A stretch of 64,000 nucleotides of DNA, from assembly GCA_964016885.1 (NCBI GenBank), contig OZ024744.1:48236001-48300000 (forward strand), in the 5' to 3' direction. The position numbers were made by a program, and so were the translations under genes. Positions 33,983 to 46,414 of the stretch are shown here, one piece after another; the stretch's first letter is position 1; every line of letters begins with the position of its first letter. The stretch comes from Eledone cirrhosa. Taxonomy: Eukaryota. The notes beneath the pieces are model-generated. The model ran no database searches and was not told where the DNA came from. It saw only the letters and a program-made list of their open reading frames with translations.

Positions 33983-34060
33983 GTTAGTGGGTGAACAATC
34001 CAACGCTTTGCGAATTCTGCTTCGCAATGATAGGAAGAGCCGATATCGAGGGAACATAAA
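33390..34060 (-). rRNA. 28S (LSU) rRNA 3'-terminal fragment, orphan/pseudogene
   Basis: Reverse complement contains the PTC-region tract CGGCTCTTCCTATCATTGCGAAGCAGAATTC...GAACGTGAGCTGGGTTTAGACCGTCGTGAGA (33949-34042), the sarcin-ricin loop AGTACGAGAGGAACC (33805-33819), CTGAACGCCTCTAAG (33717-33731) and the 3'-end tract GAGCAGCTACCACACTGCGATCTATTGA (~33415-33442). The 3' boundary is approximate. Confidence 0.95.
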
Positions 34061-34600
34061 TACTGTTGGGGGCTCTCGTTGGCGAGTTTGGGCTGCATCC
34101 ACTGTCATGCTGCCAGAATGCAGGCCGATTCTCCCGATATGCTCATCTCAACAGCATACTGAGAACGACCCTGGACTCAGCTGGTTTCCCCCTCACAACT
34201 GGGGCTAGCAAGCCTCAACAGTGGAGACGGCAAGTTCCCCGGCGGAATTTCCCTGTTTTCATTGGAGGTAAATCCCTCATCTGAGAAACTAAATACTGTA
34301 ACACGTTCCCCGCCACAAAACCCTGTATTTCGGCTTACAATGCAGAGGATAGGAAGACAAGTAAATACCGGCACTTGTCCGCCTGCTTCCTCTTTGGACC
34401 AGTCACCGTCAAGAATCAGTCGTCATCGGACCACATACTGCCGAGCTCCTCCGAAAAATCGGAACAGTAGCCCGTCTGAAGAAGGAACCCGCTAGATGGG
34501 GTGGCTGTTGCAGCTGTGTCGCTGGTAATTGTCCGCGGAAATGTCCTTGCAGTTTTGTCCGCGGTGTGCAGCCCAAACACCACCTGGCCCCAAACATAAA
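34061..34600 (+). mobile_element. CRE-like non-LTR retrotransposon 3' remnant (CCHC knuckle + restriction-like endonuclease), frameshifted
   Basis: Stitched translation: CWGALVGEFGLHPLSCCQNAGRFSRYAHLNSILRTTLDSAGFP...GDGK.PGGISLF...GKSLI*...NAEDRKTSKYRHLSACFLFGPV...LVIVRGNVLAVL. This matches the CxxxGxHxxxC / RH / PD..D / K motif order of RLE domains. Confidence 0.75.
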
Positions 34601-35107
34601 GCCTATCCCTCCTCCCCCTTCCTCTCTTCCGTTACCTCATAGTCTTTGTTTTACCCTCCGTTTCCTCTCATTTATAGCATTTATAGCCCTTTCTCTCTTT
34701 CTCCTACTTTCCTATACAGTCAGACTTGTCTTTAACAGTCATTTTTGTTAAAGCGCTTCTACATATTTTCACACATTCTTTGAAAATATTCAAGTGATTT
34801 CTTAACTAAATCCGGGTGATTAGAAGTTTCTTCCGAGTTTCGAAAGTTCCATGGCATCATTGGATAAATTCTCAGAACACACAACATAAAGCAGCAGTGG
34901 ATCCAGCTGACTGCCAGGTTCTTGAATAAATCCAAATTTCAAATCATATTTTCTTGATACTTTGAGTTTTTTCTTCTCTCCTCCTCCAGTTCGAATGTTC
35001 TTCCTCGTGGTGCCTGGCGAGGACTGTAGAGGTTCTAATTCATTGACCAACTCACGGTTAAGTGAAGTATTACTATTGTTATTATTATCAATAGTTATTA
35101 TTATCAA

Positions 35108-35299
35108 AAGGGGCGGTCGATTGGCAGTATCGGTAGAGGGTCGGACGCCATGCTTTGACGCATAGAGTTACGGCCCTTGCCATTCTGAGGTCAAATCCCG
35201 CCGAAGTTAACTTTGCCTTTCATCCTTACGGGGGTCGATAAAATAAAAGTACCAGTAATGCACCGGGTAATTTCTGGCCTTGTGCCAAAAGTAGAAACA
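35108..35299 (+). mobile_element. tRNA-derived SINE with 17-bp TSD
   Basis: A-box-like TGGCAGTATCGG, B-box-like GGTCAAATCC, core GCCTTTCATCCTTACGGGGGTCGATAAAAT. TSD ATTATTATCAATAGTTA at 35081-35097 and 35300-35316. Confidence 0.85.
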
Positions 35300-35565
35300 A
35301 TTATTATCAATAGTTACTTTGGTATTAGTAAAGAAATGCAATATATTCGCTTGTTTTTTCTCACTCATTGTGGGTTTATTTCATTGGAATCTAAGAACAA
35401 ACAAGAAATGATAGCTATCCAAGCCAAATAAAATAAATGTTGTAATAGTCGAAACAATACTGAAGCGTACGTGTATCATATTGTCGATAGATGACACATA
35501 TATGTAAAATTATTTCATAGATGTTAACAGAAACCTTTTTAGTTGGGTTATATAATATATTTTAT

Positions 35566-35735
35566 ATCGGTAGAGGGTTGGACGCCATGCTTTCTAGCAT
35601 AGTTATGTCCCTTTACGGTCTGAGTTCAAATCCCGTCGGAGTTAACTTTGTCGTTCATCCTTACGGGGTCGATAAAATAAAGTACCAGTAATGTACTGAG
35701 TAATTGCTGGCCTTGTGCCAAAAGTAGAAACAATT
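35566..35735 (+). mobile_element. SINE, same family, 5'-truncated
   Basis: Aligns by eye to 35128-35300 throughout. Confidence 0.85.
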
Positions 35736-35904
35736 ATTAATAAAACAGAAATTGCAAATAATGTCTATATTTGTTCTGCGGACCACCAACATTTTCTCTC
35801 GAACCACCAGTGGCTCGCCCACCACCAGTTGGTGAACGTAGTGTCAAATGGAAGTTATTTCCCCTACATTTTTTCAAATTAATTCCCTTGAATTGATGAT
35901 GGTG

Positions 35905-38694
35905 TGTAGCGAATGAAATGTTCCAGCGTTTCCTCTCACTGACATGGCCATTCCTATGAAAGAGAACGCAGCGGGAGGTAATCGTGATTCGAAAATGCAA
36001 CTTTCTGATTAATCAATATTTACCAAACTTCGATTCAATATGGAAATATCACCAACATCATCGTCGTTACAAGCAGCAATATCCCTGTGGTCCCGACATT
36101 CTGACCTCAATACACATTATTTCGGCAGACAGGACCAAAATTTCTCATTTTGTCTGGGCACGTCCCCTTGAAAGCCTGCAGAAGATCCTGGATTTGCTTA
36201 CAGCACCATCAGGCACATATTCATATGCCACCTTAAGGTCCGAACTTGTAAAGCGGACATCCGTCTCTCAGCAGCAACAGATTAACCAGCTGCTTTATTC
36301 AGGGGAGTTAGGCGATAGGCAACCGTTACAGTTGTTAAGACAGATAAAGCAACTATTGGGAGAGAACACCATGAAGCCGGCCATCTTGGAACAACTTTTC
36401 CTACAAAGGCTGCCGCCAGCAACTCGCAGCATTTTGGCGGCCATGAAGTATCCATCCAAATTGATGCGCTAGCGGATTCAGCCAATAGAATAATGGTGGT
36501 AGCAGCACCACTGTCATTTGTAGCCCAGGAGACACACACACACATCCACTAGTAAGCTCTTTTTCTTCCTCATTTGATCCTTCTTCGCCTCCCCGGTTTC
36601 TGTTTCGGAGGTGGCGGTTCCGCAGGCGCGGGTAGAAAAATAGGGGTCACAATTGAACGCACTTATGGCTAAGCTGCAGATACAGCCACGCAGCAACGCC
36701 AGCTCATATCGGTGCGCTTTCCATCAGCGCCCGCGAGACCCGAGTCGTACCAGGATGACCGATCCCATATGCTATTACTAACGTAAATTCGGCGAAAGGG
36801 GCCGTAAATACCTATTGCCCTGTTCTTTTAGAAGTGACTCCCATCATGTTCCGGGAAACGACGTGGCCAGGTAGAAACGATAGCAACTACACCCGACTCT
36901 TCCAAACCTAGCCTCCCTTTCCACATTAGCGACCCTTTCCACATTAGCGACCGATCTACCGGTTTCTGGTGGACACTGGGGTGGAGGTTAGAGTCGTACC
37001 ATCTGCCCTGGTGCCAGGCAGTAGGGAAACCCCAGCAATCCTTCTCAAGGCGCTGAACCACTCTGTTATACCCACATGCGGAGAAAAGTCCTTAACCCTG
37101 GATCTTGGGCTCAGCCGAGTTTTCCAGTTGGCTTTTGCCATCGCCAACTTGCCAACTCCGATCCTAGAAGCGGATTTTCTACACCATTATGGCCTCCTGG
37201 TGGACGTTAAACACAGTAGACTGATTAATTCCACCACTAGCCTGAATGATCGTGGTATCAGCACTATGGCACCCTCGCTCAACCTTGTGACCCACAGTGT
37301 TATGCATCATATCGTGACCGGGGGTCCTCCGGTTTCTGCTAAACCATGGTGACTCACTCAAGACCGCGCTAAGATCGCTAAAGCAGAGTTCGATCATGTG
37401 TTGGAACTGGGCATTGTTCGTCCATCCAGTAGCAGTTAGTCTTCCCTACTTCACATGGTTCCCAAGAACTGTAGGTGACTGGTGACCGTATGGAGACTAT
37501 CGGTTTCGTAACACACACAAAATCCGATAAGTACCCGGTGCCTCACAGAATTTCTCTGCTTCCCTACATGGTGCTAGGATCTTTTCGAAAATTGACCTCG
37601 TGTGGGCGTACAACCAACTCCTTTCGCCCTCTTCGAATTTCTTAGACTGCCATCCGGTTTACGCAATGTTGCATCAACCTTCCAGCATTTCATCGACACA
37701 GTAGTACGTGGTTTACCCTACGTCTACTCGTATATTGATGATATGCTGATAGCCAGCACATCCCGTGAGGAACACGAAAGGAACCTACAACTGCTTTTCG
37801 AGCGTTTTTCTTAGTTTGGTGTCATCAGCAACCCCAGAAAATGCCTTTTCAGTGTTTCTTCCCTTGATTTTCTGGGACACCACATCGACGAACAAGGAAT
37901 CCGCCCCCACCACGATAAAGTTAAGTCCATTTTAGATTTTTCCCCACTCCAACGTACCCGAGGAAAGTACGTGAGCTCCTCGGCCTCATAAACTTTTACT
38001 GCCGATTCATACATCGTTGTGCAGAGTTTCTCCAGCCGCTAACAAACATCCTAAGGCAGTGCAATCGGAAGAACCAGCTTATCACTTTCGATGATGCACA
38101 AGCAGCTGCTTTTCTTAAAATGAAGAGAGTCTTGACAGAGGCCACAATGTTGGTTCATCTCAAACCTGACGCACCGCTTTGTCTGTTCGTCGATATATTG
38201 GATGTCGGGGTCGGTGGCTTCCTCCAACAATGTGTAGACAATGCATGGCAACCAATTTCATTCTTCTCTAGGCGACTTAAAGTAGGTGGTAGTTTTGGGT
38301 CCGAGGTTATTGGTCCTCTATTTCACTACCGTTTCGATTATCGATCGCTACTCACGTTTCGATTATCGATCGCTACACACGTTTCGATTTGGGCGGGGAA
38401 CTAAAATAGCGAAAGAAATGTTCCAGCGTTTCCTCTCACTGACATGGCCATTCCTATGAAAGAGAGCGCAGCGGGAGGTCATCGACCTTTGAGCAAAAAA
38501 TAACTAGCGTTCGATAAATAGGCTGTCTTGGAACGAGGACAGAGAGAGAATTTTCTGTTACAAAAGAGACGACACCTTCCCTGGTTACTTGGCTTTTAAC
38601 TTCTATGGTGATAGTAATGACGGACGATAGCCTGCCACCTTCTATTTCAGCATAACACATAAAACAAAGTATCTTCAACAAAACTTCAACAACA
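35905..38694 (+). mobile_element. Ty3/Gypsy LTR retrotransposon (CsRn1/Kabuki/Boudicca-like), decayed; integrase deleted
   Basis: gag ELGDRQPLQLLRQ..LFLQRLP (36100-36470). CHCC-type knuckle remnant CYY*RKFGERG..PC (~36770-36825). Protease FLVDTG (36963). RT YIDD (37731). RNase H start to ~38280. PPT GGGCGGGGAA at 38391. LTR sequence shared by 35905-35984 and 38405-38484. 3' end is tentative; no TSD confirmed. Confidence 0.9.
38405..38694 (+). repeat. 3' LTR of the Gypsy element
   Basis: Follows the PPT. First 80 bp are near-identical to 35905-35984. Ends in ...ACAACA (end tentative). Confidence 0.7.
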
Positions 38695-39049
38695 CGGTAT
38701 TCATTTACGAATGTTTACATACAACATTGTACTTTTATGATTAGTAGTAATCATATTCCTTTTTCCTTCTCTAACTGAAGTGAAGAAAATGTTATATCTA
38801 TCTGAATTAACTATTCTGTCCTGTTTATTTTCAACAACAACTAACTTCGATTCACTTCAGGTGCCTGGGTGTCCTGTTTTAATATTGATATATGTCTCAG
38901 TCTAGTGAATGGGATGGTCACTTGCTGGAAATAGCAGCCGAATCCACTGCTTTTTCGGGTGGGGGACACACTTTATGTTCAGTGTTAGGACACCTTTTAA
39001 GCTGCTGTCGTTCTTAGTTGACTTTCAGCTGAACATAACCAGCATTAGT

Positions 39050-39408
39050 ATCAACAATAATAACAACAGTAAAACCACCACTAATAACAACTACAACATT
39101 ACCACCACCACCACAACTACTGCCACCACCACCACAACTACCGCCACAAACAACAATAGAAACAACATCATCAACAACAAGACTACAACCACCACCACCA
39201 TCACCAACTACAACAATACCACCAACAACAACAATACTACCACCACCACAACAACCACCACGGCTACCACAAACAACAACAACACTATCACAAACAACAA
39301 CACCAACAACCCCACCATCACCACCACCACCACAAACAACAACACCGCCACCACTACCACTACCACCACCACCATAAACAACGTCAACAATAACAAAACC
39401 ACCACCAT
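39050..39408. repeat. Cryptic (AAC/ACC)n trinucleotide low-complexity tract
   Basis: Direct reading; produces the spurious N/T-rich ORF 38909-39442. Confidence 0.9.
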
Positions 39409-39528
39409 GACAGCCTATTTATCTAGAACGCTAGAACGCTAGTTATTTTTTTTTTATCAAAGGTCGATGACCTCCCGTTGTGTTCTCTTTCATAGGAATG
39501 GCCATGTCAGAAGATTTCATTCGCTACA
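39409..39528 (-). mobile_element. Third, inverted partial LTR copy
   Basis: Reverse complement TGTAGCGAATGAAAT..GACATGGCCATTCCTATGAAAGAG..GGGAGGTCATCGACCTTTG..TAACTAGCGTTC..ATAAATAGGCTGTC matches 38405-38527. Confidence 0.85.
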
Positions 39529-39620
39529 CACCATCATCAATTCAAGGGAATTAATTTGAAAAAATGTAGGGGGAATAACTTCCATTTGACATTACGTTCT
39601 CTAACTAAAGTTTACTCTAA

Positions 39621-40640
39621 CAGTCGCCAACTGCTGGTGTGCGAGCCACTGGTGGTTGATAGAAAATGTTGGTGGTCCCCAGAAAGATTTGGACATTATT
39701 TGCAATTTTTATGTCTTATTAAAAATTATTTCTGATATAGGCACGAGGCCAGCAATTAGGGGAGGGGAGAGTCGATTAAATCGACCCCACTGTGTGACTG
39801 GTACTTTATTTTATCGACCCCCTAAAGATGAAAGACAAAGTTAACCACGGCGGGATTTGAACTCAGATCATAAAAGACCGTAACTCTATGGTGCAAAGCA
39901 TCGCTTCCGACCCTCTACCTATACTGCCAATCCACTGCCCCATGTCTTATTAATAATAAAACAGAATTAATATTAGGTTAAAATATATTTTATAGCTCCC
40001 TTCCCCTAAACATATTTCTCCTCAGTAAAGAACTAACATCCATGAATTTTACATATATGTGTCATCTATCGACAATATGATGCATGTATGCTTCAGTATT
40101 GTTTCTACCATTACAACAGTTATCCCGCTCCGCAAATACCGATTCTCATCCGATTGTTTTATTTTATTTGGCTTTGATAGCTTTGTTTGTTCTTAGATTC
40201 CAATGAAATAAACCCATAATGAGTGAGAAAAAGCAAGCGACTATATTGCATTTCTTTAGTAATACCAAAGTAACTATTGATAATAATAACAATAGTAATA
40301 CTTCACTTAACCGTGAGTTGGTCAATGAATCAGAGCCTCTACAGTCCTCGTCAGGCAACAAGAGGAAGAACATTCGAACTGAAGGAGGAGAGAAGAAAAA
40401 ACTCAAAGTATCAAGAAAATATGATTTGAAATTTGGATTTATTCAAGAACCTGGTAGTGAGCTGGAACCACTGCTGCTTTATGTTGTCTGTTCTGAGAAT
40501 TAATCCAATGATCCCATGGAACTTTCGAAACTTGGAAGACACTTGCAATCAAAAGACCCGGATTTAACTAAGAAATCACTTGAATATATGTAAAAAGGAC
40601 AGAAGCGCTTTAACAAAAATGACTGTTAAAGATACGTCTT
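39621..40640 (+). mobile_element. hAT 5' fragment, inverted paralog of 34721-35836
   Basis: ORF 40219-40503 is near-identical in protein to 34820-35107 and continues SNDPMELSKLGRHLQSKDPDLTKKSLEY after a stop. Confidence 0.8.
39726..39941 (-). mobile_element. SINE (longer subfamily) with 12-bp TSD
   Basis: Same head and core as 35108 plus a GGGGTCGATTTAATCGACTCTCCCC block; ATGTCTTATTAA at 39711 and 39942. Confidence 0.85.
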
Positions 40641-40644
40641 AGTT

Positions 40645-42688
40645 AGTTCACCATACCGAGAACAAATGTTTCACCTTATGCGAATCTTCAGCTCGGTCTG
40701 AGTGAAGTTGTACGAAAAAGGAAAAACAACTGTATGAATACGCATGCGCAGAAACGGTCTCCTGGACAATGTATTCCCACAGTTGAACGGTGTAAGGGAA
40801 ATAACTGTGGATGTCCGCAATAAATTATTCGAATTGTTCAGAATATTAGAATGTTGATGTTATTCAATCTGGAGCTTTGTAATTATGCAAAAGGTGTTTC
40901 AGACAACGTGAAAAAAGCTCATTCCTTGAATTTAGGCAATCTTTATTGCGTAATCTTCTCGGGATATTGATCCTTTCTTCAATGCACAGTCCACAAGACG
41001 GCTTTCCCCTCGTGTATCACTAGGACTTAGTGACAGCTTTCCATTGGATGGAGTAGTCTACGCCTGAGTCTTTGAGGGACTATACGTGGCTCGTGAGTTT
41101 CGTGGACAATTGTTTGTCCGGGTATCTAAAGGTCGACTGATGGTTCAGGAAGCCTTCCTTAAACCGACCCTGCGCCATACCTACATAAGATTTAACCTCT
41201 TGTTGTTGATTTGGTCGGTTGGAAATGACCACAGTTTCGTAAATTACAGTGGGTGTGTTGCATTGTTGTTGAAAGGGACAAGCTTCAGGCTTTTGGCAAG
41301 AGCATCCTGGTGGGGTGATGCTCTTACGGCTGATGATGATGTGGGCCTTCATATTCTTAGCACAGGTATCCCTGTGTCTGTTAAAGATGGAGCCGTATTT
41401 GTGACCTATTGGAAAGTGTCTATTTAAGAATGCTAAAAATGTTTTTCCTACATTAATTTTAACGTTGAGTGAGAAGTGAGGAGAGAACCAGATAGTTTTT
41501 CTATTGGCACGATTTCTTTCTTATTGCTGTTGGTGTTAGCAGGGGAATAAGTAATTGGTTGCGAGAAGCCGCTGTTAGCTAACGCCGCGTTATAGTAGGG
41601 TGCCACTCTGTCAAAGATTGCTTTATTAGAGAAGAGGTTAGATTCTAGTACCGATATTATTTACGAAGTTTCTAAAAACTGTTGGAGGGTGGCATGAGTC
41701 CTTGTGTATGTAATTAAGTTTTTCCTTTAGTTTATGGAAGGGTCGGAAGGTGAGTGTGCGAAGGTCTAAATTAATGTCTAAGTAATCTACGCTAGTGAGG
41801 TTGGTAGCTACCGTTATCCTAAGTCCTAACTCATTAAAAGTAGAAATTAAATCTTTTTTAAACCAGTCCAGGTCGTGACCGCTTTTATGGCTCGATAGAG
41901 TCAGACCATCGTCGCGGTATAATCCCGTGTGGAAGTCTGGGAATCTAGTACGTAATATATCTAAAATAAATAAGCCAACCGAGTCGCATACCTCAGCACT
42001 ATCGAACGGTCCCATTGAGACGTCAGATAGTTCTGAAGTAGTTGACTTCTTTGTCCAGGCTACTCCGTTGTTAAAAAGGATGGTTTTTCAGGAATGTGCG
42101 ATGATCTCCCTGTCTAAATCATGGACGGTAGTGTAAGTGGTAGCAAAGTCCAACGCTTTGTTTAACAGGGTACCGAGATCGACAGGTAAAAATCCACAAT
42201 GTCCAATTGTGCGAACTTCGCTTTTTTGGAGTTGAAAGAGTTAAACCACTTAATGACGGAGTCGCTGTTCTCCCATTGGGACAGGTTGGACTTGGTCCTA
42301 ATGGTCTTAACTATGATCCTAACTATAGCCTTACTGACAAGCCTCATCTCCGTGCGTGCCGGGTTTAGTAGTCTACACGTGGGATTAGAAGCAAAGTTTA
42401 CCTTGTGATCTTTAAGGGCGAGAAATGACTCACGCTTAGTTAAGCATTGGTGTTTCTTATCTACCTTAAGGGTGGCAGCAAGTTATTTGGCTTCTGTATT
42501 GATGTCGTTGTAAGCCGTGGGGTGAGCCTTCTTATATTTGGAGGTTATGGCGTTACGTGCCAAGTGGCTGTAAGCAGTGTTGTCGACTTCTTAAATATTA
42601 TAGTATTATCAGCAAGAACCTCTAAATAAAAGAAGGCTGACCCCACGGTCTACCACGACATCAATACAGAAGCCAAATAACTTGCTGC
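40645..42688 (-). mobile_element. Penelope-like element (Neptune-type: RT, Cys-rich linker, GIY-YIG), 5'-truncated, decayed
   Basis: QLDIVDFYLSI (42162-42347); MGPFDSAEVCD..GLYRDDGL..YLDINLDL..YIHKDSCHPP (41638-42015); CSCQKPEACP..C..VIY..YVG..F..H (41080-41352). Hammerhead motif downstream on the same strand. Confidence 0.9.
40655..40697 (-). ncRNA. Minimal type-I hammerhead ribozyme motif in PLE 3' UTR
   Basis: Minus strand: ACCGAG-CTGAAGA-ttcgcataaggt-GAAA-CATTTG-TT-CTCGGT. Perfect 6-bp stem I; weak stem II. Confidence 0.7.
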
Positions 42689-42689
42689 T

Positions 42690-43517
42690 ACCTCCTCCTC
42701 CTCCTTCTTCTTCTTCTTCTTCTTCTTCTTCTTCTTCTTCTTCTTCTTGGGATCTACCCCTGGGTGTCCTGCTGGCTGGTTTTGTCCGTAAAATCTACCC
42801 AGGGTTTTTTTTCCATAGACATTTTAATCACATAGCCGTAGTATCGGAGATGTGATCTCTCAATTCGGAGGAGTAGCGGATGTACTTGGAGTGACTCTGA
42901 TCTCCGAGCTACGCACTTCATCGAGTAACGTTACTCATAGAGGAACCCAGTTTCAGCCGCTTGTATTCAAGATCGTATTTTGTCGGTCATTACTCAAAAT
43001 GTATGACCATAGGTAAGGGTTGGCACGAATATCGAATTGAAGATAGCGAGATTGGCTTTTACACCTATCTCCCTTCTTCTGATTAAGGGATGCTGAAGTT
43101 GGCGCTTTACTGCACCAGCTACTGCAATTCTTGCACTTAATTCAGCCTCCTGCTTTCCATCACTCGTGAACATGGCCCAGAGATACTTGAACTTCTTCAC
43201 CTGTTTCAATGGAACTCCATTCACAGGTAGAAAGCATTGCGTAGGCTTCCTTGAGAGGACAAATCTCTCAGTTTTCGCAGCACTGATTTTACTCCTGCCA
43301 TGCAGCACGCGGCATCAAACCTATCCAGTGCATGTCGGAAATCACCTTCTGACGTGTTAAGTAGCAAATATCAGGCGGCTAATTCTACACTGGTTTTGCA
43401 CGTCAATCCTGTTAATGAAGATTATGAACAAGAATGGTGACACACACACCCTTGGCTGAGTCCGATACCAACATTGAATGGTTTCGACTTAGCACCATTT
43501 ATTCGAACACAAATACT
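42690..43517 (-). mobile_element. RTE-clade LINE 3' fragment with (GAA)n tail
   Basis: KISAAKTE..VNGVPLKQVKKFKYL..ELSARIAVA..IFVPTLTYG (42994-43308); (CTT)n at 42703-42748 is the tail on the minus strand. Confidence 0.8.
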
Positions 43518-43673
43518 AGGTTGCGTCGGGGGAAAGATATATAATTAAAATATTTACACATTAAATTCGTATTTCTGCTCTAAGGACATCTACAGTTTAT
43601 TAGTATCGATGTATATCAATTTTATTGCAAACATCGAGAAATTGTGGCGTTCAGCAAGCGATTTATTAAGAAA

Positions 43674-45110
<1,437 letters not shown>

Positions 45111-45249
45111 TATATCAATTTTGTTTACAGAGTTATCTCCCCTGCACCATAACTTTCTTTACTTCTTTGTCTTATTGAAGAAATTTGTGAGAACAAGAAT
45201 CGGTGTCGGGGTCTGGCAATGTTGTTGCTGTATCTCATAAATGCTTATA

Positions 45250-45584
45250 ATTTAGATTGTGAAACTCTGTCAAAGGCCTTCTCCAGATCAACGAAATCTA
45301 TATATATAGTGACTTACACTTAGCTAAGAATTTCTCTGGTAGTTTTTTTTACAAAGAAGAGGGCATCTGTGGTGTTCCTGGCACAAAACCAAACTGCATC
45401 TCATCTAATTTGACTCTTTTCCTAAATTAGTTGTGCTAAAACTCTTTCCATCACTCATAACTTGGTCCATCAGCTTTATGCCTTTGTTGTTGCTCCTTCC
45501 TAGAACATCACCTTTTACCTTGTAACAATTATTAAGTATACTGTGATACCAGTCATTGTGTAAGACCCCATTATGTATTACCTG

Positions 45585-45585
<1 letters not shown>
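45250..45585 (-). mobile_element. Old RTE RT fragment
   Basis: Reverse complement is homologous to 59440-59750 (CYKVK.D, EMQFGFVPG, FVDLEKAFDRV). Confidence 0.75.
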
Positions 45586-45655
<70 letters not shown>

Positions 45656-45658
<3 letters not shown>

Positions 45659-45970
45659 CAGGACCTAAAGTGGGAGGTGAAAAGGATTTGGAACTGCCAT
45701 GAAGTCAAAGTGATCCCGATTGTCATAGGCGCACTGGGGACTATCTCCAAAGGTTTCCAGGGATGGTTAAAGAAAATCGGCCCCTTCACGCTTTTTGGAA
45801 CGCTTCAAAAGGCATGCTTGCTTGGAACGGCAAGAACCCTCCGATACGTCCTGAATATCTGAGGCTGCAGGTAGTGGCTTGATATTCAATCCAACGGACT
45901 TTCCAGTTAACCAACATCAATGACTGAGATTCAAGGAATAACAATAACAATAATAATAATAATAATAATG
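45656..45970 (+). mobile_element. Dong/R4-clade non-LTR retrotransposon 3' end inserted in (TAA)n
   Basis: YQDLKWEVKRIWNC..VIPIVIGALGTI..LQKACLLGTARTLRYVL is an R4/Dong-type RLE C-terminus; (TAA)n on both sides (45587-45657, 45938-45969). Confidence 0.8.
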
Positions 45971-46413
45971 AAATTATTGTGTACAGTGCTCAGGTGCACT
46001 ACAACTCATCAAAGGTGCATGTATAGTACATAGGGCAATGCACAAACATCAGTAAAATGAACAGTGCACGAGTCATGATACACACATGTGTGCATGTGTA
46101 TGGAAGGGGTACATCAGGTGTAGTATTGGCGTATTTCGGGAAGCATGAGTGTCTTAAAGGATGCAGTGCCTCGGCAGCCAACAACTGACGCAGGTAGTTT
46201 GTTCCATGCTTCAGCAACTCTGAGCGTGAAAAAGTGTCTACAAAAGTCATGGGAGCTGTGCTGTTTTCTGATTTTGTAGGCATGTCCACGTGTGTTAGAC
46301 ACATGGAGATCAAAAAGGTGCTCAGGGTTGCAATTGGCGAGATGGTTAATAACTTTGTGGGTATTCACCAAGTCCATTGCCAGACGTCGGAGCTTCAATG
46401 AATCCATGCCCAC
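45960..46413 (-). mobile_element. CR1-like LINE 3' end
   Basis: SLKLRRLAMDL..TRGHAYKI..RHFFTLRVAEAWNKLPASVV..FK; (ATT)n tail shared with the Dong tail. Confidence 0.8.
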
Positions 46414-46414
46414 T

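Larger units (their letters stand above)
34721..35836 (-). mobile_element. hAT (Buster/Charlie, ZBED5/8-like) transposon 5' fragment with decayed BED finger
   Basis: ORF 34820-35107 RKYDLKFGF..VCSENLSNDAMELSKLGR resembles the BED-finger N-terminus; interrupted by two SINEs. Confidence 0.75.

Noticed and set aside
33020-34208. ORFs over the GC-rich segment
   Set aside because: They overlap 28S rDNA and its spacer.
35108-35210. tRNA gene
   Set aside because: A/B-box-like motifs belong to a SINE head; no cloverleaf.
38909-39442. N/T-rich 177-aa ORF
   Set aside because: Translation of a trinucleotide low-complexity tract.
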